Below are positions 37,260 through 46,194 of a DNA stretch of 46,194 bases, piece by piece. How positions within the stretch are numbered: position 1 is the stretch's first letter; every line of letters begins with the position of its first letter. This DNA comes from an uncultured archaeon. GTDB lineage: Archaea; Iainarchaeota; Iainarchaeia; Iainarchaeales; DTGL01. Position numbers and translations under genes: made by a program. The notes under the pieces were generated by a model. The model saw nothing but the letters and a program-made list of their open reading frames with translations, ran no database searches and was not told where the DNA came from. The stretch spans positions 1 through 46,194 of the forward strand of contig CAZKED010000006.1 of the NCBI GenBank assembly GCA_964551725.1, written 5' to 3'.

Positions 37260-38693
37260 TTAGAGGAAGAAAAACGGCAGCGCGTTGAGGAGGAGGAGCG
37301 CGAGGACAATGAAGAGAAGCGTTACGGAAATTACCTTCTTTGTTTTTTCCGGGGGATGCCTTGCTGACGAGAAATAGGGAAGCAGGAGGATTGGAACAAT
37401 CCTTCCGCCGTCGAAAAGCGGCAGCGGCAAAAAATTGACAATCGCGAGAATGAGGCTCAGTATAAAGAGCCATGAAAGGAAGCCGGCAACAAACCTCACG
37501 AATTCAACTGTCTGCTCGTATTCCGGGGGGGGAGAAAAACCCGGCTTTTTTACGTTTTTTACCTGGAAGCCCGCGAAGCCGAACCTCTCGCTCAGCGAAA
37601 GCTCCTTCTCGAGAATCTCTCCGGCTTCGGTTTCCACTTTTATGGTGTAATTTTGCGGAATTCCGCTCTGAAGAGAGGCGGAGGACAGCGCCAGCAGCGC
37701 GTTGCTCACGTCCACGTTCGATTTTACTGTCTCACCATTTATTTCGAGCACGCGCATTCCCTCGCGGAGAACGCCGAATGCCGGTGATGCCTCCTTTTCC
37801 TGGCAGAATTCAACCTCTTCCTGCACCGAGGCAATTTCAACGTGGTCTATTCCCGTTTCATAGAACGCGTTTATTTCGTTAATCACGGGCAAAGCGTAAA
37901 AATTGAGCACGAGAAGGTAAACCGCGAAAAACAGGACAAAAGTGAAAAGGTTTGCCGACGGCCCTGCAGAATAAACGCTCAACTGCTTCCTCTCGCTCGC
38001 TTTCTTGAACTGCGCGTCGTCCGGCTCTACAAAAGCGCCTATCGGAATCAAGCCCAGCAGGAGCAGGCCCGCGCTCTTGGGTTTTATTTTGTGACGCAAT
38101 GCAACTATTCCGTGGCTTCCCTCGTGTATTGTGAGTATTATGAGGAAAACCGCCCAGACGTAAAGCGGAATCACTATGGGCACTTTGGGAATCTGCACCC
38201 CGGGAATCACGGGCATCACGCCGGGGCAGCTCGGCTGTCCCTGGAATGCCCTGAGGAGAATGTGAATGCCCTGGTCCGCAAGGTTTATGAGAGCAAAACC
38301 CATCAGTCCAAAAAGAGCGAATGCCCCGGGGTATAGGGGGGAAAGACCCGCCCCAAAAATGTGCGTTCCAATTCCCAGCAGACTGAAAAACGCATAGAGC
38401 AGAACGAAGGAAGCAGAGAGAAGCGCTGCACGCTTTGCCCTGCGGAATTTCCTGGCGAAAAGGAAATCGACTGCGGGAATTCCAAAACCGAGAACAAGCC
38501 CTGCAATTGAAACAAGCGAAAGGAATTTTCCCAGAAAGGAGAACTTTTTTATCACTGGAATGGCTCTTTTAAGCCGCACCATCGAGAGAATGAAGTATGT
38601 TTCTGAATCGGCGTGCCTTTTAATGAAGCGGGTGGAAACAATGAGGAAAGCCAGGAATGCCGCGGTGCACAAAATCAACAAAAGGGAATCCAC
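37260..38693 (-). CDS. Site-2 protease (M50) with PDZ-like domain
   Basis: HEGSH, GAFVEPD, AGPSAN, NFLPLPLFDGG. Confidence 0.9.
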   Translation of the reverse strand: MDSLLLILCTAAFLAFLIVSTRFIKRHADSETYFILSMVRLKRAIPVIKKFSFLGKFLSLVSIAGLVLGFGIPAVDFLFARKFRRAKRAALLSASFVLLYAFFSLLGIGTHIFGAGLSPLYPGAFALFGLMGFALINLADQGIHILLRAFQGQPSCPGVMPVIPGVQIPKVPIVIPLYVWAVFLIILTIHEGSHGIVALRHKIKPKSAGLLLLGLIPIGAFVEPDDAQFKKASERKQLSVYSAGPSANLFTFVLFFAVYLLVLNFYALPVINEINAFYETGIDHVEIASVQEEVEFCQEKEASPAFGVLREGMRVLEINGETVKSNVDVSNALLALSSASLQSGIPQNYTIKVETEAGEILEKELSLSERFGFAGFQVKNVKKPGFSPPPEYEQTVEFVRFVAGFLSWLFILSLILAIVNFLPLPLFDGGRIVPILLLPYFSSARHPPEKTKKVISVTLLFIVLALLLLNALPFFFL

Positions 38694-38705
38694 GCATTCA
38701 CCCTT

Positions 38706-39119
38706 TCAGTCCTCTTCCTTTTCCCTGAGGGAAATTCCGAGCAACGATTCAATCCTTTCAATTAGCCTGTCATCCGGCTTGAAATTTCCGGCTTCAATCC
38801 TGTGCATTACGGACTCCTTTTCAAATAGTTTTTTTGCGAGTTCCTCCCGCTTCCATCCTCTTTTTTCCCTAGCCCTCCTTATTCTCTCGCCGAAATCCGA
38901 GGCAATGGAAAGACCGAGGTCGAGGTTCTCAGACTTCTTCACAGGGGAGAAAGCAGGCTTCCTGTACGGAATGAAGGCGCCGTGCTCGGATTTCTGCAGC
39001 CCGCGCGAGCGGATTCTTTTTCCCATCGATGCACACTTCTCGCAGACAAACATGCGAGCGCCTTCAACTTCAACCTCAACTGGACTGCCGCATTCTGCAC
39101 CGCACAATTCGCACTCCAT
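38706..39119 (-). CDS. mbf1: Archaeal multiprotein bridging factor aMBF1
   Basis: CELCG..VEGA...VCEKC zinc ribbon plus HTH IRRARE..ELA....EKESV..RIE.G. Confidence 0.9.
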   Translation of the reverse strand: MECELCGAECGSPVEVEVEGARMFVCEKCASMGKRIRSRGLQKSEHGAFIPYRKPAFSPVKKSENLDLGLSIASDFGERIRRAREKRGWKREELAKKLFEKESVMHRIEAGNFKPDDRLIERIESLLGISLREKEED

Positions 39120-39236
39120 ATCCCAATAAAAACGCGAACAGTTTTAAATAATTGGCTTTTTTTGAGGCAGCGGGGAAAACCTGCGGGCGGGAATATTTTT
39201 AATTAACTTTGGCAACTCCCAATATATGGTGCAACA

Positions 39237-40262
39237 ATGGGCGTTGATTTGGGCGAGGTTGTGCAAAAGGAGGAAATTGGATTCGATTCCCTCAAAGGAA
39301 GGATTCTGGGAATTGACTCCTTCAACATCATTTACCAGTTCCTTTCCACAATACGCAGCAGGGACGGCTCTCCCTTGATGGATTCCCGCGGCAGGATAAC
39401 AAGCCATCTCACGGGACTGCTTTACAGGACCGTGAACCTGGTGGAAAAAGACATAAAGCCCGTGTTCGTGTTCGACGGAAAGCCGAGCGAACTCAAGGAG
39501 AAAACGCGCGAGGAAAGGCACAGGATTCGCACTGAAGCCAGGAAAAAATACGAAAAAGCGCAGAAGGAGGGAAAGCTTGAGGAAGCTCGCAGGTACGGAC
39601 AGCAGGCGGTTTCCCTCTCAAAAGAAATGGTCTCAGAATCAAAGAAACTCGCTGAATTAATGGGCTTTCCAGTTGTACAAGCGCCGGGAGAAGGAGAGGC
39701 ACAGGTTTCCTTCATGTGCGCGAAAGGCGACGTGCACGCGTGCGTGAGCCAGGATTACGACCCATTGCTTTTCGGTTCCCCGCTCCTGCTCAGGAACCTC
39801 ACTGTAACAGGCAGGAAAAAGGTTCCGGGCAAGGACCTGTACATTGAAGTGAAACCCGAAAAGATTGAACTGGAAAAAACTCTCTCCGCGCTCGGCATCG
39901 ACAGGAAAAAACTCGTATGGGTTGCCATGCTCATAGGAACAGACTTCAACGAAAAATTCCCGGGCATTGGACCAAAAACAGCGCTCAAACTCGTGAAAGA
40001 ACACGCTTCATTCGGGGACATTATCGCGAAAACAAAGCACAAACCGGGATTCGATTACAGGGAAATAGAAAAAATTTTTCTGGAGCCCAGGCACACAGAG
40101 GACTACTCGCTCGAGTTCGGCGCCCCGCACAGCGAGGAACTGAAAAAATTTCTCTGCGACGAACGCGATTTCTCCAGGGAAAGGGTTGAAAAAGCTATCG
40201 AGAGAATAACACTTAAAGCGGAACAAAAAGGAGTCCAAGCACGGCTGGATTCCTGGGAATAG
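39237..40262 (+). CDS. fen: Flap endonuclease 1
   Basis: YQFLSTIR, FDG, EGEAQ, SQDYD, GTDFN, GIGPKTA, PIP-like QARLDSW. Confidence 0.97.
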   Translation: MGVDLGEVVQKEEIGFDSLKGRILGIDSFNIIYQFLSTIRSRDGSPLMDSRGRITSHLTGLLYRTVNLVEKDIKPVFVFDGKPSELKEKTREERHRIRTEARKKYEKAQKEGKLEEARRYGQQAVSLSKEMVSESKKLAELMGFPVVQAPGEGEAQVSFMCAKGDVHACVSQDYDPLLFGSPLLLRNLTVTGRKKVPGKDLYIEVKPEKIELEKTLSALGIDRKKLVWVAMLIGTDFNEKFPGIGPKTALKLVKEHASFGDIIAKTKHKPGFDYREIEKIFLEPRHTEDYSLEFGAPHSEELKKFLCDERDFSRERVEKAIERITLKAEQKGVQARLDSWE

Positions 40263-41849
40263 GTGTTCAAAACGGAAGGAACATGGGCGGACGAGGTCGC
40301 CGAAAAAGTGCTCGAAACAAAAAGGAAGGAATACGCCTGCGAGGGAATGTACACGCCGAGCGGGCACTTCCACATAGGCAACGCGCGCTCCGAACTGTTC
40401 ACCCCTTTTGCGGTTCACGCTGCGCTCAGGGACAAAGGCGCGAAAACAAAACAGGTTTTCGTCCTCGACGATTTTGACGCTGTAAGAAAGATTCCAAGCG
40501 ACATAAAGCTCGGGGAGAAGGAAAAAGAGAGGTTTCTGGGCGTGCCAATCTACTTCGCGCCGAGCCCCATAAAAGGATTCGAAACCTGGAAACAGGCGTT
40601 CACCCAGGGGCTTGAGGAATCAATTGAAGCATTTGGACTCTCCCCGGAAATAGTTTCAGCGTACGAAACATACAAAAGCGGGAAATTCAACGCGCTCATA
40701 AAGGAATCCCTGGACAAAGCACCACAGCTCATAAAAGTGTGGAACCGCGTTTCCGGTTCGGAAAAGCCCTCGGACTTCCTCCCGATTCAAATGCTCTGCG
40801 AGGAATGCGGCAAAAGCCTTTATTCCAAAGCACTGTCATGGGACGGAAAGGAAGTCGAGTACGAATGCAAGTGCGGCTTCCGCGGGAAAAAAAGCCCCAT
40901 GGACGGAAACGCGAAACTTCACTGGCGCGTGCACTGGTGCGCGCACTGGATTCTGCGCGGCATTGCATACGAATCAGCAGGAAAAGACCATTTCTCAAGG
41001 GGCGGCTCGGTTGACGTGGGACAGGCAATGATGCGCGAAGTATTCAAAAAACAGCCCCCTTACCAAACGCCAACGGAATTCATTCTCGTCGGAGGGGAAA
41101 AAATGTCGGGCTCCATAGGAAACGTGGTGAACCTGAAGGACTGGCTTGAAGTGTCAGGACCGGAAACGCTGCGCTACTTGAATTTCTCCTACAAGCCCAA
41201 CAAGCAGGTTGACTTTTCCTTCAGGGACAATTCCTTCGTTTTGCTTGTTGAAAATTTCGAGCGCGCGGAGCGCATTTATTACGGGCTGGAAAAAGCGCAG
41301 AGCGAAAAGTTAACCGAAAAGATAAAGCGCAATTACAAATACGCGCGGATGGAATCCCGGGGCGGGGAAATGCCGGAAAGGATTTCCTACCAGTTCGCCG
41401 CCTTTTTGTCGCAGCTCTACGACCCCGAAAAGGACTTCTCGGAAATAGAAGTCATTCTGCTAAATGCCGACCACATTAAGAGGAAATTCAACGCACAGGA
41501 AAAAAAGGAAGCAATCGCAAAACTCAAGCGCGCGAAAAACTGGGTTGAAAAGTACGCGCCGGAGCGCTTCAGGATTTCGTTCGCCGAGAAACCCGCCGCC
41601 GGGGAAATTGAAAAGGAAACACTTGCCGCGCTAAAAGCCGCAGCGGAAAAAATTTCAAAAGCAAAGAATGCCGAGCAAATACAAGCGGCTTTCTTCCAGG
41701 CGGCGAAAGAGCGCGGAATAAAGCCGGCCGCAATCTTCCGGGCGGCATACCTCGCCATTCTCGGGAAAAAATCCGGACCGAAAATCGGCACGCTGGTGCT
41801 CGCGCTCGGAAAGGAAAGGGTAATTGAAAGGCTCAGGGAACTGAAGTGA
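40263..41849 (+). CDS. lysS: Class I lysyl-tRNA synthetase
   Basis: WAD, PSGHFHIGN, KL.WRV.W, GKDH, KMSGS, GPKIG. Confidence 0.95.
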   Translation: MFKTEGTWADEVAEKVLETKRKEYACEGMYTPSGHFHIGNARSELFTPFAVHAALRDKGAKTKQVFVLDDFDAVRKIPSDIKLGEKEKERFLGVPIYFAPSPIKGFETWKQAFTQGLEESIEAFGLSPEIVSAYETYKSGKFNALIKESLDKAPQLIKVWNRVSGSEKPSDFLPIQMLCEECGKSLYSKALSWDGKEVEYECKCGFRGKKSPMDGNAKLHWRVHWCAHWILRGIAYESAGKDHFSRGGSVDVGQAMMREVFKKQPPYQTPTEFILVGGEKMSGSIGNVVNLKDWLEVSGPETLRYLNFSYKPNKQVDFSFRDNSFVLLVENFERAERIYYGLEKAQSEKLTEKIKRNYKYARMESRGGEMPERISYQFAAFLSQLYDPEKDFSEIEVILLNADHIKRKFNAQEKKEAIAKLKRAKNWVEKYAPERFRISFAEKPAAGEIEKETLAALKAAAEKISKAKNAEQIQAAFFQAAKERGIKPAAIFRAAYLAILGKKSGPKIGTLVLALGKERVIERLRELK

Positions 41850-41855
41850 TTAAAT

Positions 41856-42755
41856 TCAGGGAATGGCGCCCTGCACTATAATATTCTTTTCATTAAGGGA
41901 ATAACAATAGCCTCTGACCTCTTCATTCTTTATTTTTTTGCAGTAGCTCTCTACACTTTCTCCATGAATTCCGCTTATTTTCTGTGCATACCTAAAATAA
42001 CAATAATCAGGGGACGGAACTTCTATATACTTTCCTGAGCCAGAACTGCCAACGTAAAAGACTTCCGCAATAAGATAGTGTTCATCAAGCTCTTCGCACA
42101 GTTCCGGTTTATCAAAGCGGACAGCGCACTTATGGAGACAGTTATAAGAATCAGTATCGGCCAATTCATAGCAGAGAGTGTGGTCTTTTGAAAGGTCCAC
42201 AGCAAGGGTCACGCATTCCTTTTTTTCCCTGTATAACTCGCAAATAGAGGTGTCGCCCTGTGACATAAGATATAGGCTCACCACACCAGCAAAAGCCCAT
42301 CCATACAGAAGGAAAAAAACAGCCAGCGTAAACAGTACTGCAAATACGAGAAAAGGTTTCCTTCCTATTGTCACTTTATCCGGGATAACCTTTTCAACGC
42401 CAAAAACTCCCCCTGCTTTTTGCACGAGAAAAAATACCAAAAGGCAAAAAACAACAGGAAAAACAAGCAATGCTTCCAGCAGACAAAATAAATAAAGCGA
42501 AAAAACGACCAAATAAAACCCAAAACGCTTTTTTAAAACAAAGCCGATTAAACCGGCGACGCCAACCAATATCACAAAACCAAAAAAGAGAAGGTGAAAA
42601 AGGACCGGGGAAATCAAAGGGCTTTCGTAAACAAGCGGTTGTTCCTGATATACAAATCCAAAATACCAGTAAAAGCAGAAATAAACAATCTGTCCCAAAA
42701 GGAAAAGGAAAAGCAAGACAACAGCCAGTGCCCAGAACGTTCTCTCTTTGACCAT
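41856..42755 (-). CDS. AT-rich hypothetical membrane protein with C-terminal Cys-containing repeats
   Basis: About five TMs, then repeated C...A.....LC..L units. Confidence 0.7.
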   Translation of the reverse strand: MVKERTFWALAVVLLFLFLLGQIVYFCFYWYFGFVYQEQPLVYESPLISPVLFHLLFFGFVILVGVAGLIGFVLKKRFGFYLVVFSLYLFCLLEALLVFPVVFCLLVFFLVQKAGGVFGVEKVIPDKVTIGRKPFLVFAVLFTLAVFFLLYGWAFAGVVSLYLMSQGDTSICELYREKKECVTLAVDLSKDHTLCYELADTDSYNCLHKCAVRFDKPELCEELDEHYLIAEVFYVGSSGSGKYIEVPSPDYCYFRYAQKISGIHGESVESYCKKIKNEEVRGYCYSLNEKNIIVQGAIP

Positions 42756-42817
42756 ATGCTAACAGTAAATGCATTGTATTATTTAAAAGTTTGTAAAAAC
42801 CGAAAAAAAGAACGCCC

Positions 42818-43465
42818 TCACTTCAGCGGCACGAAAACAAAGAATCCCGCGGGAGCAAAACCTTGGTGAATGCCTCCGTCCGCATTCTTTTCCACTACGT
42901 ACATCTGCTGCGAGAACCGCCCTCCCACGGGGGCAACAATTTTTCCCCCTGCGGCGAGCTGTTCCACCAGTTCTGCCGGAATCTCGTTGCACGCAGCGGA
43001 AACCAGGATGCGGTCAAAAGGCGCTTCTTTCAACCAGCTCTGCCTTCCGTCGCCGTGCCTTACAGCAATATTTCCATAGCCCGCATTCGCGAGATTTTTG
43101 GCTGAAAGCCCTGCAAGCTCTTCCACCAAGTCAACGCCGAACACGCTGCCCTTTTTTCCCACGAGCTCGGAGAGCAATGCGAGAACATAACCGCATCCCG
43201 CGCCTATTTCGAGCACTTTTTGCCCTTTCCGCACTTCAAGGAGTTCGAGCATTATTCCAATAGTGCTCGGCTGGGAAATCGTCTGACCGTATCCAATGGG
43301 GAAAGCCGAGTCAACGTAGGCGTTCCGCAGAAGTTCTTGGGGAAAGAATTCCTCCCTTTTCACGGAGAGGAATGCCTGCTTCACGTTCTTGGATTTAAGC
43401 GCGCCGCGCTGCAGCATTCCCTGCACCAATTCCTTTCTCTGCCGGCTGAATTCCTGCATAATCAT
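42818..43465 (-). CDS. pcm: Protein-L-isoaspartate O-methyltransferase
   Basis: AY.D...IGYGQTISQP, VLEIGAGCGY, APFDRI, QLA.GG. Confidence 0.93.
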   Translation of the reverse strand: MIMQEFSRQRKELVQGMLQRGALKSKNVKQAFLSVKREEFFPQELLRNAYVDSAFPIGYGQTISQPSTIGIMLELLEVRKGQKVLEIGAGCGYVLALLSELVGKKGSVFGVDLVEELAGLSAKNLANAGYGNIAVRHGDGRQSWLKEAPFDRILVSAACNEIPAELVEQLAAGGKIVAPVGGRFSQQMYVVEKNADGGIHQGFAPAGFFVFVPLK

Positions 43466-44277
43466 CCCGCCAGCGTGCCTGCCAGGAAGGCGAGCAGTGC
43501 AACAAGCATTGCCGCTTTGGTCAGCGCCTGGTTCTTCGCGGGGGGCTGGAAAAGGGAAAAAAGGAAAACAGCGTCAGCCAAAAGCACTATTGGCATGTAA
43601 TAAAAGGAAAGCATTCCGAGCACCCAGGGCACGAGGCTCAGGATAACTGCAGCGAAAATGAACGCCTGCGCTGCAATCCTTGCCTTCTTTTTTCCCAAAA
43701 CAATTGGAAGCGTGCGGGCGCCCGTCTTGCGGTCGCCTTTTACGTCCTCCAAATCTCCGAATATTTCCCTGCCTGTGTTCGCGAGGAATGCGAGTCCCGC
43801 GAGGATAGGGACAGCGCCCAGCGTTGGAATTACAAGCGCGCCGTACAAAAAGCTCGAGGCAGGAAACCAGGAATCGGTGAAATTGCCGACCAATGCAATG
43901 CGCTTGAGTTTCCAGGCGTAGAGTATTTCGAGCACTGTGTTCAGTGCAGCGAGACCCAAGCACCACTGGTTTATGAGTGCCGCAAGAAAAAGCGCGATTG
44001 CGAAAAGCCCTGCCGAATAGTAAAGAGCGGTTTTGCGCGAAATTCTGCCGCTCGGCAGCGGCCTGTGCGGTGCATTCACTTTGTCCATTTCAAAATCAAA
44101 GAAATCGTTGAGGGCAATGCCCGCGCCTGAGAAAAGGAATACGGAGAGAAGCGCAAAGCCGAGCGCTATGGGAAGTTCAAGGGAAGAGCTTGCGACGAGA
44201 AATCCAACGAGCACGGCGAGCGCCGCGAGCAGCCCGTCAGCGGGTCTGAGAATGGAGATGAAATCCTCTAATGCCAT
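43462..44277 (-). CDS. UbiA-family prenyltransferase, DGGGP synthase-like
   Basis: NDFFD...D.VN.P.RPLPSG, YAWKLK, REIFGDLEDVKGD...GARTLPI. Confidence 0.85.
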   Translation of the reverse strand: MALEDFISILRPADGLLAALAVLVGFLVASSSLELPIALGFALLSVFLFSGAGIALNDFFDFEMDKVNAPHRPLPSGRISRKTALYYSAGLFAIALFLAALINQWCLGLAALNTVLEILYAWKLKRIALVGNFTDSWFPASSFLYGALVIPTLGAVPILAGLAFLANTGREIFGDLEDVKGDRKTGARTLPIVLGKKKARIAAQAFIFAAVILSLVPWVLGMLSFYYMPIVLLADAVFLFSLFQPPAKNQALTKAAMLVALLAFLAGTLAG

Positions 44278-44305
44278 AACCAGAATAGATGGGGGAAAAG
44301 GTTAA

Positions 44306-44467
44306 TTAAGCCTTTTTTACCTTGCGCTTCAGGCGCAGCCTGCGAGAACCGCATTTCCTGCATTTTGGGGGTTTCTTACCTTCGCCAATGCGCATTTTTG
44401 CGTTGCATTTCATGCAAACCCACACGTTTGAAAAAAGCCTTTTTGTCGCTTCAGGGAATGTCGCCAT
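44306..44467 (-). CDS. rpl40e: 50S ribosomal protein L40e (53 aa, absent from the ORF track)
   Basis: MATFPEATKRLF..VCMKCNAK...KCRKCGSRRLRLKRK. Confidence 0.88.
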   Translation of the reverse strand: MATFPEATKRLFSNVWVCMKCNAKMRIGEGKKPPKCRKCGSRRLRLKRKVKKA

Positions 44468-44592
44468 TTCAAAACACGCTCTCAGGTACTGCCAAAATGA
44501 GCAAAATAAATTTACAATGGGTTAGGTTTAAAAAGTAATTTATAGGGGAAATGATATACTAATTATGGAGACCTGTGGGAAATAAAAACTGT

Positions 44593-44667
44593 GCCTCGAT
44601 GGTGTAGTCCGGTTAAGCATTCTGGCCTTTCAAGCCAGTGACCCGGGTTCAAATCCCGGTCGAGGCA
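44593..44667 (+). tRNA. tRNA-Glu(TTC), 75 nt, no encoded CCA
   Basis: GCCTCGA/TCGAGGC acceptor stem, CTGGC-CTTTCAA-GCCAG anticodon arm, GGTTCAAATCC T arm. Confidence 0.96.
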
Positions 44668-44670
44668 TAG

Positions 44671-44689
44671 GGTTACCATATTGGTAACC
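44671..44689. promoter_or_regulatory. Inverted repeat GGTTACCA-TAT-TGGTAACC (tRNA terminator or antitoxin operator)
   Basis: Perfect 8-bp arms followed by TTTTTATT, about 30 nt before ATG 44721. Confidence 0.55.
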
Positions 44690-44720
44690 TTTTTATTCTT
44701 TTCCTGACACTAATTATTAC

Positions 44721-45365
44721 ATGGTCAACGAAATCACAAAGACCGAGTTCCAGGCTTACTCGTATTTCTGGTTGAAGTTTAAGGACAAAGAATTTGAGGT
44801 TTCCTCCTTGCGCTGGTTTTACTCCAGGGCAATGGTGAAAAAAATCTTGTTCAAGTTGAGCAGCGCGGGCTGGTTGCAGAGGGTGGGCAGGGGCGCTTAC
44901 CGGTGCGTCAAGCCGGAGAAAGCCGTTGAGAGCATTTTTGAATCCCGTGCAGAGAAGGCATTGGAGGAGGCGGGAATGCCTTATTGTTTTTATGGAGCGA
45001 GCGCTGTTGAAATCTGGTCTGACTATGTTTACATGCAGCGCTCCTGGGAGCATTCGCCTTTCTTTGTCCGCGTGCAGAAAAAGGATTTGGGAAAATGGAG
45101 GAAGTATTTGAAGCAGGAGGGAATTGACTTTTTTACTGGTGAAGCGGAGAATGCCTTGGGCGAATTCGTCGTATTGGAAGCGGTAAAGGAATTGGAGTGC
45201 GCGAAGCAGAACGGCAGACCTGTCATGCCATTGGCTGAAACCATTAAGTTTGCCGAAAAAAACATTTACTCGTTTGAATACCCATTGGCTTACATTGGCC
45301 GCAAGTTCAAGCGCAAGGTCAAGGCCGGCAGAGAGGTTTTGGCGCAGGTTGGTGAAGCGCTGTGA
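44721..45365 (+). CDS. AbiEi-like antitoxin / winged-helix regulator
   Basis: L.KL..AGWL.RVGRG.Y wHTH, then F.G.SA..IW; GTGA overlap with the nucleotidyltransferase. Confidence 0.6.
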   Translation: MVNEITKTEFQAYSYFWLKFKDKEFEVSSLRWFYSRAMVKKILFKLSSAGWLQRVGRGAYRCVKPEKAVESIFESRAEKALEEAGMPYCFYGASAVEIWSDYVYMQRSWEHSPFFVRVQKKDLGKWRKYLKQEGIDFFTGEAENALGEFVVLEAVKELECAKQNGRPVMPLAETIKFAEKNIYSFEYPLAYIGRKFKRKVKAGREVLAQVGEAL

Positions 45366-46048
45366 TTTTCGAAGAAAGAGAAAAGCTTGTTTTTGAATTG
45401 CTCAAAAAGCTTAAGGGAGTCAATTTTGTCCTTATAGGCGGTTATGCAATCAACGCCTATACCCTGCCGCGCTTTTCGGTTGACTGCGATTTGGTTGTAA
45501 GGAACAAAAAGGATGCTGAAAAGGCCGCTTCCATTCTGAAAGAGAACGGCTTTTTAGAGAGAAAGGAGGCGGAAAATGTTTACGGCGGCAAGTTTTTGAG
45601 CCTGGAGCACTCCAAAGAGCCCAAGGCAACATTTGATATCCTGTACGGAGAGGTTTTCGACAGGAAAACGGGAAAGAGAGTCAGTGCGGATTTGCTGTTC
45701 AGGCATTCTGCAAAGAGAACGGTTTTCGGAAAAGGCAGCCCCATCAGGATTGAGTGCAGGGTTGCCGACCCTGAAATGCTGGTTGCAATGAAAATGCTGT
45801 CCGCGAGAAAGGCAGACATCCGCGATGTTTTCATGCTGCACTCGGTTAAACTGAATGCCGGAAAACTGGAAGAATTGTTCAGGGAAATCAGGATACCGAA
45901 GGAAAGCTTGGAAGAAACAAGAAAAACGATTAAATCAGTACAGTTCGCAGACTCACTTGCCGGGGTTTACGGCAAAATCCAGGAAGAAGAATTCCAATCC
46001 ACAATGAAGAAAATACTCAGGACATTAAAAGAGGCGGAATTGATTTAA
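45362..46048 (+). CDS. AbiEii/AbiGii-like nucleotidyltransferase toxin
   Basis: VLIGGYA....PRFSVDCD and K..S.R..D..D motifs. Confidence 0.75.
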   Translation: MIFEEREKLVFELLKKLKGVNFVLIGGYAINAYTLPRFSVDCDLVVRNKKDAEKAASILKENGFLERKEAENVYGGKFLSLEHSKEPKATFDILYGEVFDRKTGKRVSADLLFRHSAKRTVFGKGSPIRIECRVADPEMLVAMKMLSARKADIRDVFMLHSVKLNAGKLEELFREIRIPKESLEETRKTIKSVQFADSLAGVYGKIQEEEFQSTMKKILRTLKEAELI

Positions 46049-46126
46049 CGGACCCACCGCCAAAACCTTTATGGCTCAAATGAGGCAGGTCATTTACTTA
46101 TGAATTAATTGCGTGTCAGAGCATAG

Positions 46127-46169
46127 TTTCTATTATTAATAGAAAGAAGTTTCTACTGGAAAATAGAAA
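46127..46169. promoter_or_regulatory. Two tandem TTTCTA-N7/8-TAGAAA inverted repeats
   Basis: 46127-46145 and 46150-46169, followed by TTTAAA. Confidence 0.55.
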
Positions 46170-46194
46170 GATTTAAACTGCTTTCACTGGTGCC

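Noticed and set aside
18803-40265. Seven in-frame stop-start junctions with zero gap, suggesting readthrough or recoding
   Set aside because: All three stop codons occur and conserved genes end normally at TGA and TAG; translational coupling is sufficient

Overview
Archaeal chromosomal segment, as shown by Fen1, class I LysRS, aMBF1, L40e, Taw1, DGGGP synthase, CCA-less tRNAs, and TATA and GGTGA signals. Gene content and orphan style suggest a DPANN lineage such as Iainarchaeota or Micrarchaeota (inference only). Housekeeping genes (mgtE, nth, uppP, grpE-dnaK-dnaJ, alaX, argF, taw1, ftsZ, fen, lysS, pcm, rpl40e, tRNA-Asn, tRNA-Glu) are interspersed with five accessory elements: (i) solo orphan genes with very basic N-termini; (ii) a 1092-aa Cys-repeat/(Pro-Ser)n/PKD surface protein; (iii) a ~2 kb island of tiny coupled ORFs around a divergent HTH switch; (iv) a ~14 kb iron/sulfur/thiol-redox block; (v) an AbiE-like antitoxin/nucleotidyltransferase pair directly behind tRNA-Glu. 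The core of block (iv) is an uncharacterised operon (DUF134, DUF5320, a hidden Cys-rich mini-protein, TsaA-like, 2x NifB/NifX, MBL, GIY-YIG, 2x ferredoxin-ATPase) in which three proteins carry Arg-Gly-rich segments. It is followed by Trx/CcdA, DtxR-feoAB with visible operators, Trx-FTR-Trx and a BHMT-like gene. Family assignments come from motif recognition by eye; no searches were run.
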